Positions 14,170 to 28,059 are shown, counted from the stretch's first letter. The stretch: DNA of 64,000 nt from Felis catus (GCF_018350175.1 NC_058368.1:15998001-16062000), one strand, 5' to 3'. Notes: generated by a model not told the origin, from the sequence alone. A program made the numbers and translations.

Positions 14170-14392
14170 ATTTTTTTTTAAATGTTTGTTCATTTTTGAG
14201 AGAGAGAGTGAGAGAAAGAGAGAGAGAGAAAGAGAGTATGAGTGAGGGAAGGCCAGGGGGCGGGGGGGCAGAGAATCCAAAGCAGGGTCTCTGCGCTGAC
14301 AACAGTCAGCCCGATGTGGGGCTTGAACTCATGAACTGTGAGATCATGACCTGAGCCCAAGTCGACGCTCAACTGATTGAGCCACCCAGGCA
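14170..14392 (-). mobile_element. Carnivore SINE (SINEC)
   Basis: poly-T, (GA)n, ...gagccacccaggca; imperfect TSD agaaaca. Confidence 0.93.
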
Positions 14393-17300
14393 ACTGAGAA
14401 ACACTCTTAATGAAAATTAATGAATCACCTTTTAATGAATTATTCTTAATTCTTCTTATTAATGTATCTCTTCAGTAGATAATATTTATCCAAATTCCAA
14501 TTTTTCCCACTTTGAATACCTTTTAGTGTCTACTTTGATAATCCAAGATATTTGCACATGTGATGAATTTTACAGTATTGGAAAAGTTAAGTCTCTGTGA
14601 TTATATCTTTAGGAGTGGATGTGGATAATGGGAGTAAATGAATGCTTATTTGCTTATTTATTAACTTAAAAATTTATAAAAATACTTATTTACTTACCTA
14701 GTGCCCACTATCTGCCAAGTTCTGGAGAGAAGGAGATACAGACCAATAGACCAAGAAAGCTTAGCAAAGTTCAGAAAACCTAGTCACAATCTGAAAACTT
14801 ATAGTTTGTTCATGAAATGTGGGTGGTTGAAACATCAGCAGCAGAATTTCCTGTTTAATCATGACTTTGTAATGCTATGAGTGGGTGTGTGCATTAGGTT
14901 TTCTAATGTCTAAGTGGATTCTTCATGCTAATCATCATTTAAACAGAAAAATTAAAAAACACATGTATGCTTCCCCCCCCCCAAGTGTCTTTACACTTTA
15001 CTGTTCAATTACAAGTTTCAACAGGAAAAGATTTTTAAAAGTATTTATGAGGCATTAAATAATAAAACCAGAAGTACTAAAGTATTTATGAATTATGATG
15101 GAATATAACATTGATTACTACACAAAAATTAATTTATACGATTTTATGCCTTGGCAGTTCAGTCTGACAATGGTACATTTTTGTAGACTTATTGTTCCCA
15201 GAAGAATTTAGATGAACAAGGCTGCCAAATGTCTATTTCATGTATTTATTTGAAATGTTTAATAATTCAAATGTTAAGTGCTTAGAAAAAAATTAAAAGT
15301 CAGGAAAAGCTATGTATCAATCATACACTGATCCTGGCCAAATAAACTATTACTGCTTGAATATCTTCCATTTTAGTATTTCTTCTATGCATAATTTTTT
15401 CTGACATAATTGTAATCATATTACATAAGTGCTAAGCAGCTTACTTCAATTAGTCATAATTGGTTTTCATGTCATTACACAGTCTTTATAAGCCATTCTG
15501 TAAAATAATTGGATAATCATTGAATGCAAGTTCCTTATTTAATTATTTCACTGATCCTTTGAACAGTCTTCAAATTTCTGGATATAATGTTTGTAAGCTT
15601 TTATTGGCATTAACATTATTTTGTTGAGATAACTTTATAAAGTTGGTGAATGTTTTATCATTTTGATACATGTTGCCAAATCACTTTCCATAAGATAGCA
15701 TTTTCTACTACCACTAATGTATATAGTTTGGTTTCTCTTTTGTGAGTTATTTATGTCCTTTCACAGTTGAACTTTTAATATCTTAGTATTTCTCTCCTCA
15801 ATTTGTAGGTTATTGATATGATTAAACTGTTAAATACTTGCTTTAAAAATACATTTTCTAATCTGTTGTTTATCAGTAATTTCTTTTTTTTTATATTGTC
15901 AAAGAAATGTTCACATTTCTATGTAGTCAAATCTTCCAATTATTTTTCTATTTTCCAGGTAATTTTTTCCTATCAACTTTGTAAAAACTTCTTATGGAGA
16001 TTGATTACTATTGTCTTTTGATTTTTCTGTTTGGTTTTGGAATGTACTATTGTACTACACAATGCTGAGTTGAAGGGATAATATATATTATTTTTTCTAT
16101 TTAATTATTAACCAATTATTTCAGTGCCATTTCCTCCAAAAATTTTTTTCTTCTTTGTGAATTTCTGATGACAGCCTTGTCATTGGCAAAATGTTTATAT
16201 ATAAAATAATATGTTTCTGAGCTACTTATGGTTTTTTATTAACATATTTGCTGTCTATTCTTAAATCAGTACACAAATATTTCTAAAATCCGTGTGGAAA
16301 AAAAATAGGTAAAACCAGGAGGAAAAATACGCCTAGGAATTATATTTATTTGGCCTCCCACTCATTCGTGGTTCATGCCTAGAACACTGCCTTTCACATA
16401 AAAGGCAATCAGTCAGTATTGGTTAGTAATTGAATGAATGAAAAATACACTCAATAGAATAGGATTAATTTAGCAAGTTTTGAAGCTTTTAGAATATTCA
16501 TCAATGATATCATTTCAGTATATCTCTCAGCTGATTTCCCAATAACATATAGCTAGAGATTGAATCCAGATGAGAAACTGGATGGCAGTCTGTAATAATT
16601 GACTTCTGGTGGACAGGGACAAATTTGTCACTCTTTTGAATGATTTGAGAAGTTTTATCTGGATTCTTGATTGGTAGAGGGCCATTTATCTTCATGAAGT
16701 GGTTCAAGTGGCAGGAATATTTGGAATTGTGGTACATATATTTATAACAATTTTCATGAGTTTCCTTAAATAATGTTTCATGGAACATTGCTAGTGGTAT
16801 ATACCTTATTTCCCAGCAGCATTTTCAATGTGTAAACTATGGGACAAATGCACAATTGTGTTAAGAAAATTAAGCAACAGAAATCTATGCTAAGAAATTT
16901 AATTAAAAAGAAAATCCTATATTATACACCTAATATTAATTATGTAAGCAAATTTCTGGGTAACCAATGGCAGCCATAAATAATTAACAAATTCCCCTTT
17001 AGTTATATATAAAACTTGTAATTGTTTCTGGTTGTCACCATGACCTCACATTTTCCATTTTGAGCATGTGTTCAATATAGTACTCCTTATAAAATTGGTA
17101 ATTCTGTTGGCTTCTGCTGGTCTATCTAGATCCTACACTGAACTCTACATTTTTTGTCTTCAAAGATACTCCATCTTATGCCAAGGTCATGAGATACTCA
17201 TCTAAAGGATGATATCTTTAGGATCTGCTCCCTGTTGTCCATACATTTAAAATGGGTGAGAGAAGGCCAATGAATTTGAAGTCAAAGGTATGAAATTCAG

Positions 17301-17464
17301 TAATTATAATGAAGTCTCAAATGAGAAGCTTATTTTAGTTTTAGAAGGTAATTCACTCTTGTTTCTGTTACTTAAAATTTACATTAAGAATTGGAGCAGT
17401 ACGGTTTCAACTTGAAAGGACAGTGTGGAGGCAAATTAGAGTAAATTAAGGAGGCTTTATTATG

Positions 17465-17810
17465 AGAGGGATAATTCATAACCTGCAACAGAAATGGTGG
17501 AGGTGCTCTATCATTCCTACTTGGAAAAGAATATGTGAAGAATCCAGAAGCAGAGAATTATGAAGAGATAGCAGTCCTGAGAGGTACAGTGACCATGGGG
17601 GATACAGCTAGTGAAATAAATATCCTGACTTACCTTCCTCCCTCCTTCTGATCACCTGGCTTGGTTCTTTATTGGCTGAATCCAATAAGAAGCCAGGGAC
17701 ATGGAAATCTGTTGATGTTGTCCACACAGACCAACCTCTTAGGGCCAGAGATCAAAATGGAAAAATAATTGGAGAAGGAAATGAAAGTGTTCAGCACAGA
17801 TGAGGGGGTG
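17465..17810. mobile_element. Old MaLR LTR relic (MLT1-like)
   Basis: ttattggctgaatccaataagaagccaggg...gttgatgttgtccacacagaccaacctc resembles old MLT1 LTRs. Confidence 0.4.
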
Positions 17811-18694
17811 GGGTGAGTGGTGGAATTACCTGATTTACACCATGTCATGTGCATGTTTTACTACAAAGAACCTTAACTGTGGAATGAGATTTGATAATAT
17901 TATAACTTGAGAAGTTCTTACAAGCTATAATTCTGGACATTATTTTATGAATAATTCCCACTATACATAAAAATATAATAAATCACTTCATTTGAAAAAC
18001 TTGTTTGTCATGAACATCATGTTTCTTTTGGAAAGATCTGGATCAATTTTCATATGGGCTGTGTTTTCCATTGATGGAAAGGAGAAGATACAAAGAGGTA
18101 TAAAAGACAAGTGAGAGGACACTGCTCAGATTTTGACGTTGAGCTTGAAAAGAAAAAAAAAACCAACACTTGTATAAAAAGAAAATAAGGCAGAAGATAT
18201 ACATAGTGTGGTAAACATAACTTTACCTTGATTTCTTCTATAATTAAAAAATTATATTTTGTATGTAAAGAGACACTAAAGAAGAAATGCAAATTGATGA
18301 TAATTATTTTTAGAAGTCAACATTACTAATACACACATGTAAATTAAATTCATGGTGGAATTTAATTTTCAAACATTGCAAAAAGATGTGTTGGCAAGGT
18401 TGCAGTGAGACAAGCTTTCAAAGAGTCCTATGGGAATTTATATTGATACCATCTTTTTTGGAAATCATTTTGACAATACGAATTAGTAACCTTAAAACAG
18501 TTCACACACATTGAGTATAATTGCATTTAGTTCCACCTGAGAGAGCTTAAATGTTTAACATTATAGATATGCTTGAGGGCAATATGCATTATCCGTGAAA
18601 TGGACAATTATGCAGCTACTTGTTATTTTTTTTAAATTCTTAATTCATGAGAAATGTTAATGATGTCTTGTTAGGTTAAAAATTATATATTTTA

Positions 18695-18891
18695 GGGGCG
18701 CCTGGGTGGCGCAGTCGGTTAAGCGTCCGACTTCAGCCAGGTCACGATCTCGCGGTCCGTGAGTTCGAGCCCCGCGTCAGGCTCTGGGCTGATGGCTCGG
18801 AGCCTGGAGCCTGTTTCCGATTCTGTGTCTCCCTCTCTCTCTGCCCCTGCCCCGTTCATGCTCTGTCTCTCTCTGTCCCAAAAATTAAAAA
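18695..18891 (+). mobile_element. Young SINEC_Fc SINE
   Basis: CpGs intact; perfect 17-bp TSD aaaaattatatatttta. Confidence 0.97.
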
Positions 18892-19109
18892 AAAAATTAT
18901 ATATTTTATAAATTTATAATTTATAATTTTATATATATAAATTGTAATTCCAATAATGTGAGTAGATGCCAATAGTGACCATCAATATAATAGTGGATGA
19001 TTTCTATTCTCTCTTTCTACTTCAGTGTTTCTTACAATTTTTGTTTTGTTTGTTTTGCAGTGAGCATGTTCCACTTTTATAATATATAAATACTTATAAA
19101 CTTTATAAA

Positions 19110-19300
19110 TGTGTATTTATTTATTTTGAGAGAGAGAGAATGAGTGGGGGAGCGGCAGAGAAACAGAGAGAGAATCTCAAGCAGGTTCCATGCTGCCAAT
19201 GCAGAGCCTGATGTGGGGCTTGATCTCATGAATGGTGAGATCATGACCTGAGCCCAAATCAAGAGTTGGACGCTTAACTAGCTAGCCACCCAGGCTCCCC
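19110..19300 (-). mobile_element. Older carnivore SINE
   Basis: tttatttattttgagagag...tcatgacctgagcccaaatcaagagttggacgcttaac...ccacccaggctcccc. Confidence 0.92.
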
Positions 19301-19521
19301 TATAAACATATTTTTTAAAAAGTTGTGTCTTTCTGTTGCCAGCTCTGTGAACACATGCAAAATGTTTGACAATCATCTAGAGACATTGGTCTATTCCATT
19401 TTTTCTTTGTAAAGAATAAAAGGAGTGGAGAAATTAAATCCAAACTGTTTTGGGAATCATGTGGAATTTGAAAGCCCCAGAAATATTTATATTTAGACTC
19501 TTTTTAAAAATACACAAGTTT

Positions 19522-19649
19522 TGGGGTACGTGGGTGGCTCAGTCGGTTTAGTATCTAACTCTTGATCTCAGGTTAGGTATGATCTCAGGGTTGTGAGTTC
19601 AAGCCCGCCTTGGGCTCCCTGTTGGGGGTGGAGCCTACTTAAAAAAAAA
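19522..19649 (+). mobile_element. Short old carnivore SINE lacking the CT region
   Basis: ggggtacgtgggtggctcagtcgg...ggagcctacttaaaaaaaaa; TSD aaaaataca(c/a)a(a/c)gtttt. Confidence 0.88.
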
Positions 19650-19848
19650 TACAAACGTTTTGAGAAGAAGAGTGATTTTAATATTCTTTATACTTTAATA
19701 TATTTTCCAAGTGCTATTATGAGGATGTCACTTTTTATAATTAAAAATCCAGTTTTATCTAACATATAAATTATGTAAACTGGTCATGGTAGGAAAAATT
19801 AAGCAGTTAGGTACATGAAAGTTTTTCTTTCGTGTGCTTTGAAAGTAA

Positions 19849-20072
19849 TTTTTTTTTAATTTTTTTTTTCAACGTTTATTTATTTTTGGGACAGAGAGAG
19901 ACAGAGCATGAACGGGGGAGGGGCAGAGAGAGAGGGAGACACAGAATCGGAAACAGGCTCCAGGCTCTGAGCCATCAGCCCAGAGCCCGACGTGGGGCTT
20001 GAACTCACGGACCACGAGATCGTGACCTGGCTGAAGTGGGACGCTTAACCGACTGTGCCACCCAGGCGCCCC
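19849..20072 (-). mobile_element. Young SINEC_Fc SINE without visible TSD
   Basis: Reverse complement of the same subfamily as 18695, 27750 and 54363. Confidence 0.97.
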
Positions 20073-20473
20073 TAGCTACTCTCGGTTTTGTGTGTTACTC
20101 AGGTGATAACCATATGATAGAGATTTTCTTTTGCTTTCTGAAGGACTATGCAGATAAGAGGTATACAAAGAAGTATAGGAGAACTTATTTTCTTCTCTTA
20201 TTGTCTTAATACTGAATTAACATGTGGGGTAAATAGTGTGTGCTTCAGAGAATTAAAAAAGAGCAGGAGATTTAGATATATTAAGAAAATTTGTTAGCAA
20301 AGCAAGTATTACCCATTTTTAGACAATACTGAAGGGCATGAGAAGGGAAGGGGAGAGGTCAGCTGTCATTCCTCCTTGTTTCTTCTTTGCTGATTTCTTC
20401 ACTCCCTGCCAGTTAATTTCCATCTTCTTACTTTTCATCTGTATCAATTTTGCTCTCTCTCCCTCTCTGCCTC

Positions 20474-20478
<5 letters not shown>

Positions 20479-20531
<53 letters not shown>
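20479..20531. repeat. (CT)n microsatellite
   Basis: Long near-perfect CT dinucleotide run. Confidence 0.95.
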
Positions 20532-20532
<1 letters not shown>

Positions 20533-20583
20533 TCCACTCTCCCTATCCCTCTTCTCTGTTTCTGGATCTTTCTCTTAATACAA

Positions 20584-21040
20584 GCATTTCAGTTTCCTAA
20601 GGCTGTTGTAAGAAAGTACCATATACTGGGTGGCTTAAAACATCATAAACGTATTCTCTCACAGTTCCGAAGATCCAAGGTCCAAAATCATGGTGTCTGC
20701 AGAGTTGGTTCCTTCTGAGGTTTCTGAGGAATAATTTGTTCCATGCATTATTCTTAGCTTTTGATGACTTTCAGAAATCCTTGGTGTTTCTTGTTTTCTA
20801 GATGTATTGCTCCAATCTTTGCCTTTCCTGTCTTCCTATCACCTCTCCTCTATGTTCTCCCCTTCTCTTTTCTTATCAGAGCACTTGTCATTGGATTTAG
20901 GGCTCACTCTAATCTAGGATGATCTCATCTTGAGATTCTTAACTGAGTTACATCTGCAAAGACCCTTTTTAAAAATAAGGTCACATTCACATGTTCTGGG
21001 TAAACATATCTTATGGGAGTCACCATTCAGCCCACTACAA
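20584..21040 (-). mobile_element. MaLR solo LTR (MLT1C/D-like)
   Basis: agtttcctaaggctgttgtaagaaagtaccat...ctgggtggcttaaaaca...attcagcccactaca matches antisense MLT1. Confidence 0.85.
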
Positions 21041-23006
21041 TAGGAAATCTTTTCTGGCAGCATTTCTTTCTACTTCGTATTCTCTCTCCTTATTCCTACT
21101 TTCCTTGTTGCTATTCTTTCCTCTGCTGTCTAGGACTTGGAACTGATATTTTCTGTTGTAAAATTTCATGGCACAGCTATGCTAGATCCACTCTCTAGGA
21201 AGTTCTAACATCAAACCAGTTTAGGAAATGCTGCATTCTTTATCTTCCTGTTGGAAGTTCATGACATGCACTACCGTATTGAGGGGCTGAGAAGTCCTGC
21301 TGTCTTTACTTTCTAAACTACAGAGCTCCTTCAGCATAACATCTAGTAGAATCTTGTGAAAGTCTGCTTTGTAGGACACACTTTTAGGAACCACCATGGG
21401 ACTGTTTCCCTTTCTTCTAACTGCAGTACTACTTTGGTAGCTTTTTAAAGAATCTGTTTCCTGAATATTTCTGAGTCGGTCTCAGTTTTTGTTTTTCAAC
21501 TCCTTCTTACTTTTTGTAAAAATTATTATATTGTCCTTAAAATTACTACCCCATATTTGTGTAGGTGACCCCTAAATTCACATTTCTAGGTTTGACCTAT
21601 ATTAGCTTAAATTTTCTACATTTCCTATCCAGTGTTAGCAGTAAATAAGCAATTCCTTTCTTTTTCCAGACTTTTCCAGTGGCATTTAAAACTCTTGTTT
21701 TATATTGTTTTTCAAAATAACAGCCTTGAAGAATTTAAAAAGAATTTTTGCTTCAAATTTCCTATAGAGGGACAGAAGAAAGTAACTGGCCTAGAACTTT
21801 TAATACCTATATGTGAAACAATAAAGCTTCAAAATGTTTTGGTAAATGGCTTCTAGAGCAAACCATATTGTATCATTAAAGCTTCAGAAAGAAAATGCAA
21901 AATAGCTGCATATTTATAAGACACATTTAGGCTACTCCCATTACTCATGGGATTTTCTGCACATTTGAAGTTGGAGTTGGAATTTTAAAAGATACTAGGC
22001 AACAGCACATTGATTATTTCAGGGCTCATTCATCTTGATAAATTCCATGATTTGTAGTTACTTTTCCACATAACTCTGATAACTTTTCTTTCTACAGAGC
22101 TAAAACAAAAAGAAGTTTAACCTCTTTTTTTTTAATGCCTCTAAAATAAAATTTAAGTAAAATATCTTAAACAAAGTAAAAATAGTTATTTTTTAGAAAT
22201 AATATGCCTAAATTACAGTGCTCCTCTGAACTATATAACACCAAAGGACTGTGTGGCTGAGACTTTATTCTCTAGATAGTCTTAAAACCTTTAATACAGT
22301 GAAATACTAACAAATTAGTCAGAGTGTCATGTAACTCTCTGATCCTGATTTTCCATTATCATAGATGACACATACATTTGGTTTTCTTTACATAGACCAT
22401 TACTCCATTTATTCCATTGTATTTGAGCCCATCTAACAAGCTTCTGGTTCTACCCAGAGGCAGTACTTTGAGTGGCTTGCCAAGCTCTTATGAAATGCTT
22501 AGGTGTGTGCTGAGCCCCGTCTGACAGCCGCTGTTCTCATTTAATGATTTTGCCAGGGATTCAGTAACTGACTTGCCATTGGCTTGAGTTTGCCTGCATT
22601 TTTGCTTCTTATAATTTTAAGAGTATGGAAAAAAGCCCTCTTACCCCAGGTTAAACCAAATAAAGAGAAATATTACCGTAGGGAAAGAGGGAATACTGTA
22701 CATAGCAATTTGCCAAAATTTTGATATATCTATGGAATATGAGAATCTTTAGATATGGGGATTAATCAAATAATTAAGAATGGCATTTGGGTAGTGATAA
22801 AGCTTAAATTTGAATTTAATTTCCTCTTCTCTTCCATTATTCCAGAAATTAACTGAAAGAGTGACTAAATTCCAAGGTATTTCTTCATGGAGATGAAAAC
22901 TTAAAATTTTTGTTGTAAGTATATTGGAGATACAGCTCAGTAGATTGTTTTGGACTTATGCAAACTAGGTATGATAGACTTATTGAACTAGTTACTTACT
23001 TTTATG

Positions 23007-23445
23007 ACTGATGGGAAACAATTCTCTATGGGTCTCTCTTGTGTCTTTACATCTTGTGAGCAGATGTTCTAGCTGCCCTTTCATTCCACATTATGTTTGT
23101 AAGGATATCTGTATGGAGAATAGCTTTGAAAGATAAAGATAATGTCTCCTTCTCTAGAAGAGTGCAGATGTGCTAGTTTTACAGTAAAATAAACATAATA
23201 TCTCCTTTCAGAGCAAAGATAAGGCAGGTTTGCTTATTGCTCATTATAAAATATTTGCTCAATATAAAATATTACTGTACAATAAGTGCAGTGTTCTTCA
23301 GCTATGACACTAACCCGCTATGTGTATAGCATCTGCCTGACCCACTTTGTGTTATTCTCATGGGACTTGGGGGCAAGGGGAACAGACACAACCATAAAGC
23401 TGAATTTTCATGAGTAAAAATGTCTTCTGTCTCTGATGCAGAGGT
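23007..23445 (+). mobile_element. ERV-L solo LTR (LTR40-like)
   Basis: gggaaaacaattctctatgggtctctc...gataaagataatgtctcct...gagcaaagataaggcaggtttgctta resembles recalled LTR40 consensus. Confidence 0.65.
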
Positions 23446-25739
23446 TTTTTTTCTCAGATCTATAAGTGTTAATTCTTTAGGCTAACTTTGGAAAGCAACT
23501 TCACTTTCCCTATTTCCAAGGTTTCAGGGGGCTGTACTCAACTCAGATGACTAAGGATTAAAATTATTTCTAGCTCACACAGCCTTCATTGAGAATTGGA
23601 TGCCTACTACTGCTTCATCCTTCATCCTTCACATGATTAACTCAGGCTGTTCCCATTTTGGGTATTGCCATTTGAATTTTTATACTCCTGATGGCAAACA
23701 AAGCAGGGGATGAGAGTAAGTGGAGAACTTTCACCCACCCTTTTGTGACTTGACTCCTATTACTTCCTGTTCATTTTCTAGAACTAGTCACATGGTTCCA
23801 CCAAGATGCAAAGTGATTGAGAATTTTAGAGGAAATCATGGACATTCAGTAAACAGTAATGTCTCTGTCAATTTCATGAATATCTTTGTAAATTCTTTTA
23901 AGTATAGGTTGATCTGCCCAAGATTTGCCTGAATAATCTCAGGCAAGCACTGCGCTTTAGAAATTGTTATAGTCTCATAACAAATTTCAGTGACTGCTAT
24001 GTGTGAACCCCTACTTCCTTTAAAAAAAAAGTGTCTCTGCTATTTCTGTCTGATTATTCTTCCAGATGAAATTCAAAATCCTTTTTGGGCATTAAAATTC
24101 TTTAAAATATTTTGTTATTTTTATTGGAATAAGTTAAAGCAGTAAAGTAATTAAGAATAACTGATATTTTTACAATATTAATCTTTCAGTGTGGAAACAA
24201 GAATATATTCTAGTTTATGTAGCAGTAAAGGATTTATAATTTCCTTCATAATATTCAAATACATTTCTAAAATAATTGCTCTTAGGTATTTTAGGTTTTA
24301 AATTGTTTCTTGTGAATGATATTTCCTTTTTATTGCTGAAATCTGTTTCTTTGAAAAGATTCATAAGCTAGATAAACCTATAGAAAAGTGAATCAAGGAA
24401 ATGTAGAAGAAAGAAAACCAAATATAGAAAACAAAACATAAATAATTATATACATGTGTAAAAATGGTTTGAAAATCAAAAGTAAATATTATGAACAATC
24501 ATATACTAGTTAGAAAACCAAATGACATCGTTACATTTCTGGAAAAAATATAAATGTTGAAGTTGGTTCTTAGTCAAATAGAAATAGAAGTAGAAATAGA
24601 AAAGAAGCAGAAAAGTTGAAAAGAAAATGACCATAAAATAAATTGAAGTGGCAATCAAAACCATCCCTCTATAAAAGCACCAGGATGGATGATTTTTCAG
24701 GCTAGTTTTATCCAACTTTCAAATGATACATAACCAGAACCATGTTATTGGTGGTATCCTTATTTTAGGATGTCCAAAAATTGAGTAAAAGAGGTAAAAA
24801 TTGCTTGATACTTTTTATTAGGCTAGATAAGATACCAGATACTGCATTCTCAAAAGCAGAAAAAGAAAGGTAAATCATAGGTCAATTTAGTTTATGATTA
24901 GAGATGAGAAATCTGTGATAAAATCATACAGTAGTAATTGAATGAGCTTTGGCATTTTGATGAAGTATTTAAGGCATATAGTAAGATAGCTATAATCATA
25001 AAAGTACATTGGGATTAATAATATCTTGATTCCCCAAACCTTTCTGTAGATGTAGAGTTAATTAGATGCCTCTAAATGAAAAAAAAAAATGGGTATAGTT
25101 AATGTGACAATTCCTCTCAGAAATGGGAATGTGAACAACACTACTGATTGTGTGGCAGACCTTTTTGCAATCAGTTGGCTTTCAGTTCTTTGTTTTCAAC
25201 AGTATTAGAGAAGGACCTAATTGAGTTTCCAACTATTTATCATGGAAAGTGATTTTTTTTTTACTTTTAAATCACTGTATGGTTTGGGTGAAGTAGTGGC
25301 AAAGAATTGAATGATATTTGCTAAAGAAACAAACTCCTTCCATTATTTTTTGTTTGTTGATGTGACGGAAGTTTTTAATACTTGTGTCTATAAAAATGGA
25401 AAATATAAATAGAATTGACTCTGTTACCTTACTTTAGCAATAGTTAATATTCCACAATGGATTACATTAACTAATGGGGAAACATACAAACAAACAAAAA
25501 TACCTTTACCTATGTAATGAAGAAGTACATTTCCAAGAAAATTTACTTTTATTTTTAAAATATATTTATGAAAATTTGTAATGTTTTGATGAATTGTGCA
25601 TTAATAATAACATTAACAAATAAATGAAAACTAAAGTTTTAAACTCAGTTTTGTTCCCTCTCGGCTCTCACTTGATTACAAAGCTGCTGATTGGGTCTGC
25701 ACCTCAAGAAGCAGGTTCTAATATTTAAAAAATTTTTTT

Positions 25740-26377
25740 GAATTTTATTTTTTATTTGTTTAAATTTACATCCAAATTAGTTAGCATATAGTGCAACAAT
25801 GATTTCAGGAGTAGATTCTTTAGTGCCCCTTACCCATTTAGCCCATCCCCCCTCCCACAACCCCTCCAGTAACCCTTAGTTTGTTCTCCATATTTATGAG
25901 TCTCTTCTGTTTTGTCCCCCTCCCTATTTTTATATTATTTTTTTTCCCTTCCCTTATGTTCATCTGTTTTGTGTCTTAAAGTCCTCATATGAGTGAAGTC
26001 ATATGATTTTTGTCTTTCTCTGACTGATTTCACTTAGCATAATATCCTCCAGTTCCATCCACGTAGTTGCAAATGGCAGGATTTCATTCTTTTTGATTGC
26101 TGAGTAATACTCCATTATATACATTGGCTATTGTTGACAGTGCTGCTTTAAACATGTGGTGTATGTGTCCCTTCGAAACAGCACACCTGTATCCCATGGA
26201 TAAATGCCTAGTAGTGCAATTGCTGGGTCGTAAGGTAGTTCTATTTTTAGTTTTTTGAGGAACCTCCATACTGTTTTCTAGAGTGTCTGCACCAGCTTGC
26301 ATTGCCACCAACAATGCAAAAGAGATCCTCTTTCTTTGCATCCTCGCCAACATCTGTTGTTGCCTGAGTTGTTAATG
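25740..26377 (-). mobile_element. 5'-truncated carnivore L1 3' end with an internal deletion near 26120
   Basis: T-rich tail, L1 3'UTR and ORF2 C-terminal sequence; flanked by aaaaaattttttt at 25727-25739 and 26381-26393. Confidence 0.9.
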
Positions 26378-26380
26378 AAA

Positions 26381-26601
26381 AAAAAATTTTTTTAAGTGTT
26401 CATTTATTTTTGAGAAAGAGACAGACAGAGAGAGTGTGAGAGGGGGAGGAACAGAGAGAGAGGGAGACATGGAATCTGAAGCAGGCTCTAGGCTCTGAGC
26501 TGTTAGCACGGAGCCAGATGTGGGGCTCGAACTCACAAACCATGAGATCGTGGCCTGAGCCAAAGTCAGATGCTTAACTGACTGAGCCACCCAGGCACCC
26601 C
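26381..26601 (-). mobile_element. Carnivore SINE whose tail hosts the adjacent L1
   Basis: TSD agaag(c/t)aggttctaatat at 25707-25724 and 26602-26619 encloses both SINE and L1. Confidence 0.93.
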
Positions 26602-27749
26602 AGAAGTAGGTTCTAATATACTTGGAAAGTTTGTAGTTGGATGGGAAAGGTCTGTCCCACAGAATAAGGGCAATAAGGACACTATGATCCTTTGTGTTCC
26701 AATGAGGTGAGGCACTAAGGAGTCATTCAGAAAAAAATAAAACTATGAACACTAACCAAAGGAGGGTTAGTTGTGCAGGAGGGTGACACGAAATTGACAT
26801 GATTAGAAACAGAACTTAGTTTTCTGTAATCAGGACCTCCTGAATTAAAGCATGAAATGAAGGAAATTGTTATTTTTGCGCAGCCAACTAACCTTTTCTT
26901 TATTTTCTCAAGTCTTTTGAAGTACAATCTTTCAGTCTGCTCTTAAAGCTGGATCAAATACTTAACCTTATTCAGTGATGCTCTCAATGTAAGCTTATTG
27001 AGTGTTTTGGCTCAAAACAATCAGACTTTTCATGAGTGTAGAATTTAAGCAGAATTTGAATATACCTGTACTTCTTTGACGTGAGTTAGAGGTGAGAGGG
27101 CTTTAATCACGATGGTCTGAGTATGCATTTAATAACCTCATCACTCAGTATAAACACATTACTATACACATGTCAAATTGAATTATTAAGCTTATGAAAC
27201 TGAGCCAAAGATAAAAATTTTCTTTAAAAATGGACTAAGACTGTAGTTATTAAGAAATAAAGCATAATTGCTAAATTATGTCAGTGATATACCCAATCTG
27301 GATATATATCTTGAAAATATTTAAGTTGTGATGTTCCCATATTAGAAGGATTCCTGGAAAGGCTTTTCCTGCCATTAGGCAAATTTATACTTAAATAGTT
27401 CTAGTGGGATATTTGGCATTTGTTTACTTTTGTGGGGCAATTTAAACTGTGGCATTTTTACTTCCATGATGGAACTTTGCTAAATTACTAGACCTAGTAG
27501 AAATTTATTCCACCTGCTGCATAAAGATAGTCTAATTCTAAATTATGTAATACCAATTTGAAAATTATATTATTAATTCATGATGTGGTTAAGAGAACAG
27601 GCTCCGAAGTCAGACTGCTAATGTTGAAATTCTAGCTCTATGATTGAATGGTTTCTTAATCTAAGCAAGTTTCTTAATTTTTCACAGCTCCTGTTTTTCT
27701 CATCCATAAATCAGTAATAATAATTAGGTTAATTAAAATGATACATGTA

Positions 27750-27972
27750 GGGGTGCCTGGGTGGCGCAGTCGGTTAAGCATCCGACTTCAGCCAGGTCAC
27801 GATCTCGCGGTCCGTGAGTTCGAGCCCTGCGTCAGGCTCTGGCCTGATGGCTCAGAGCCTGGAGCCTGTTTCCGATTCTGTGTCTCCCTCTCTTTCTGCC
27901 CCTCCCCCGTTCATGCTCTGTCTCTCTCTGTCCCAAAAATAAATAAACGTTGAAAAAAAAATTAAAAAAAAA
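27750..27972 (+). mobile_element. Young SINEC_Fc SINE inserted in a MIR relic (~27580-28050)
   Basis: Perfect TSD taaaatgatacatgta at 27734-27749 and 27973-27988. Confidence 0.96.
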
Positions 27973-28059
27973 TAAAATGATACATGTAAAACACTTAGCA
28001 TAGTGGATGGCATATATAAATTAGACAATAAATGTTCACTCTTATTGTATGTAGCCATC

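Noticed and set aside
20319..20718. RE-repeat and SL-repeat ORFs
   Set aside because: Translations of the (CT)n microsatellite and MLT1 LTR.
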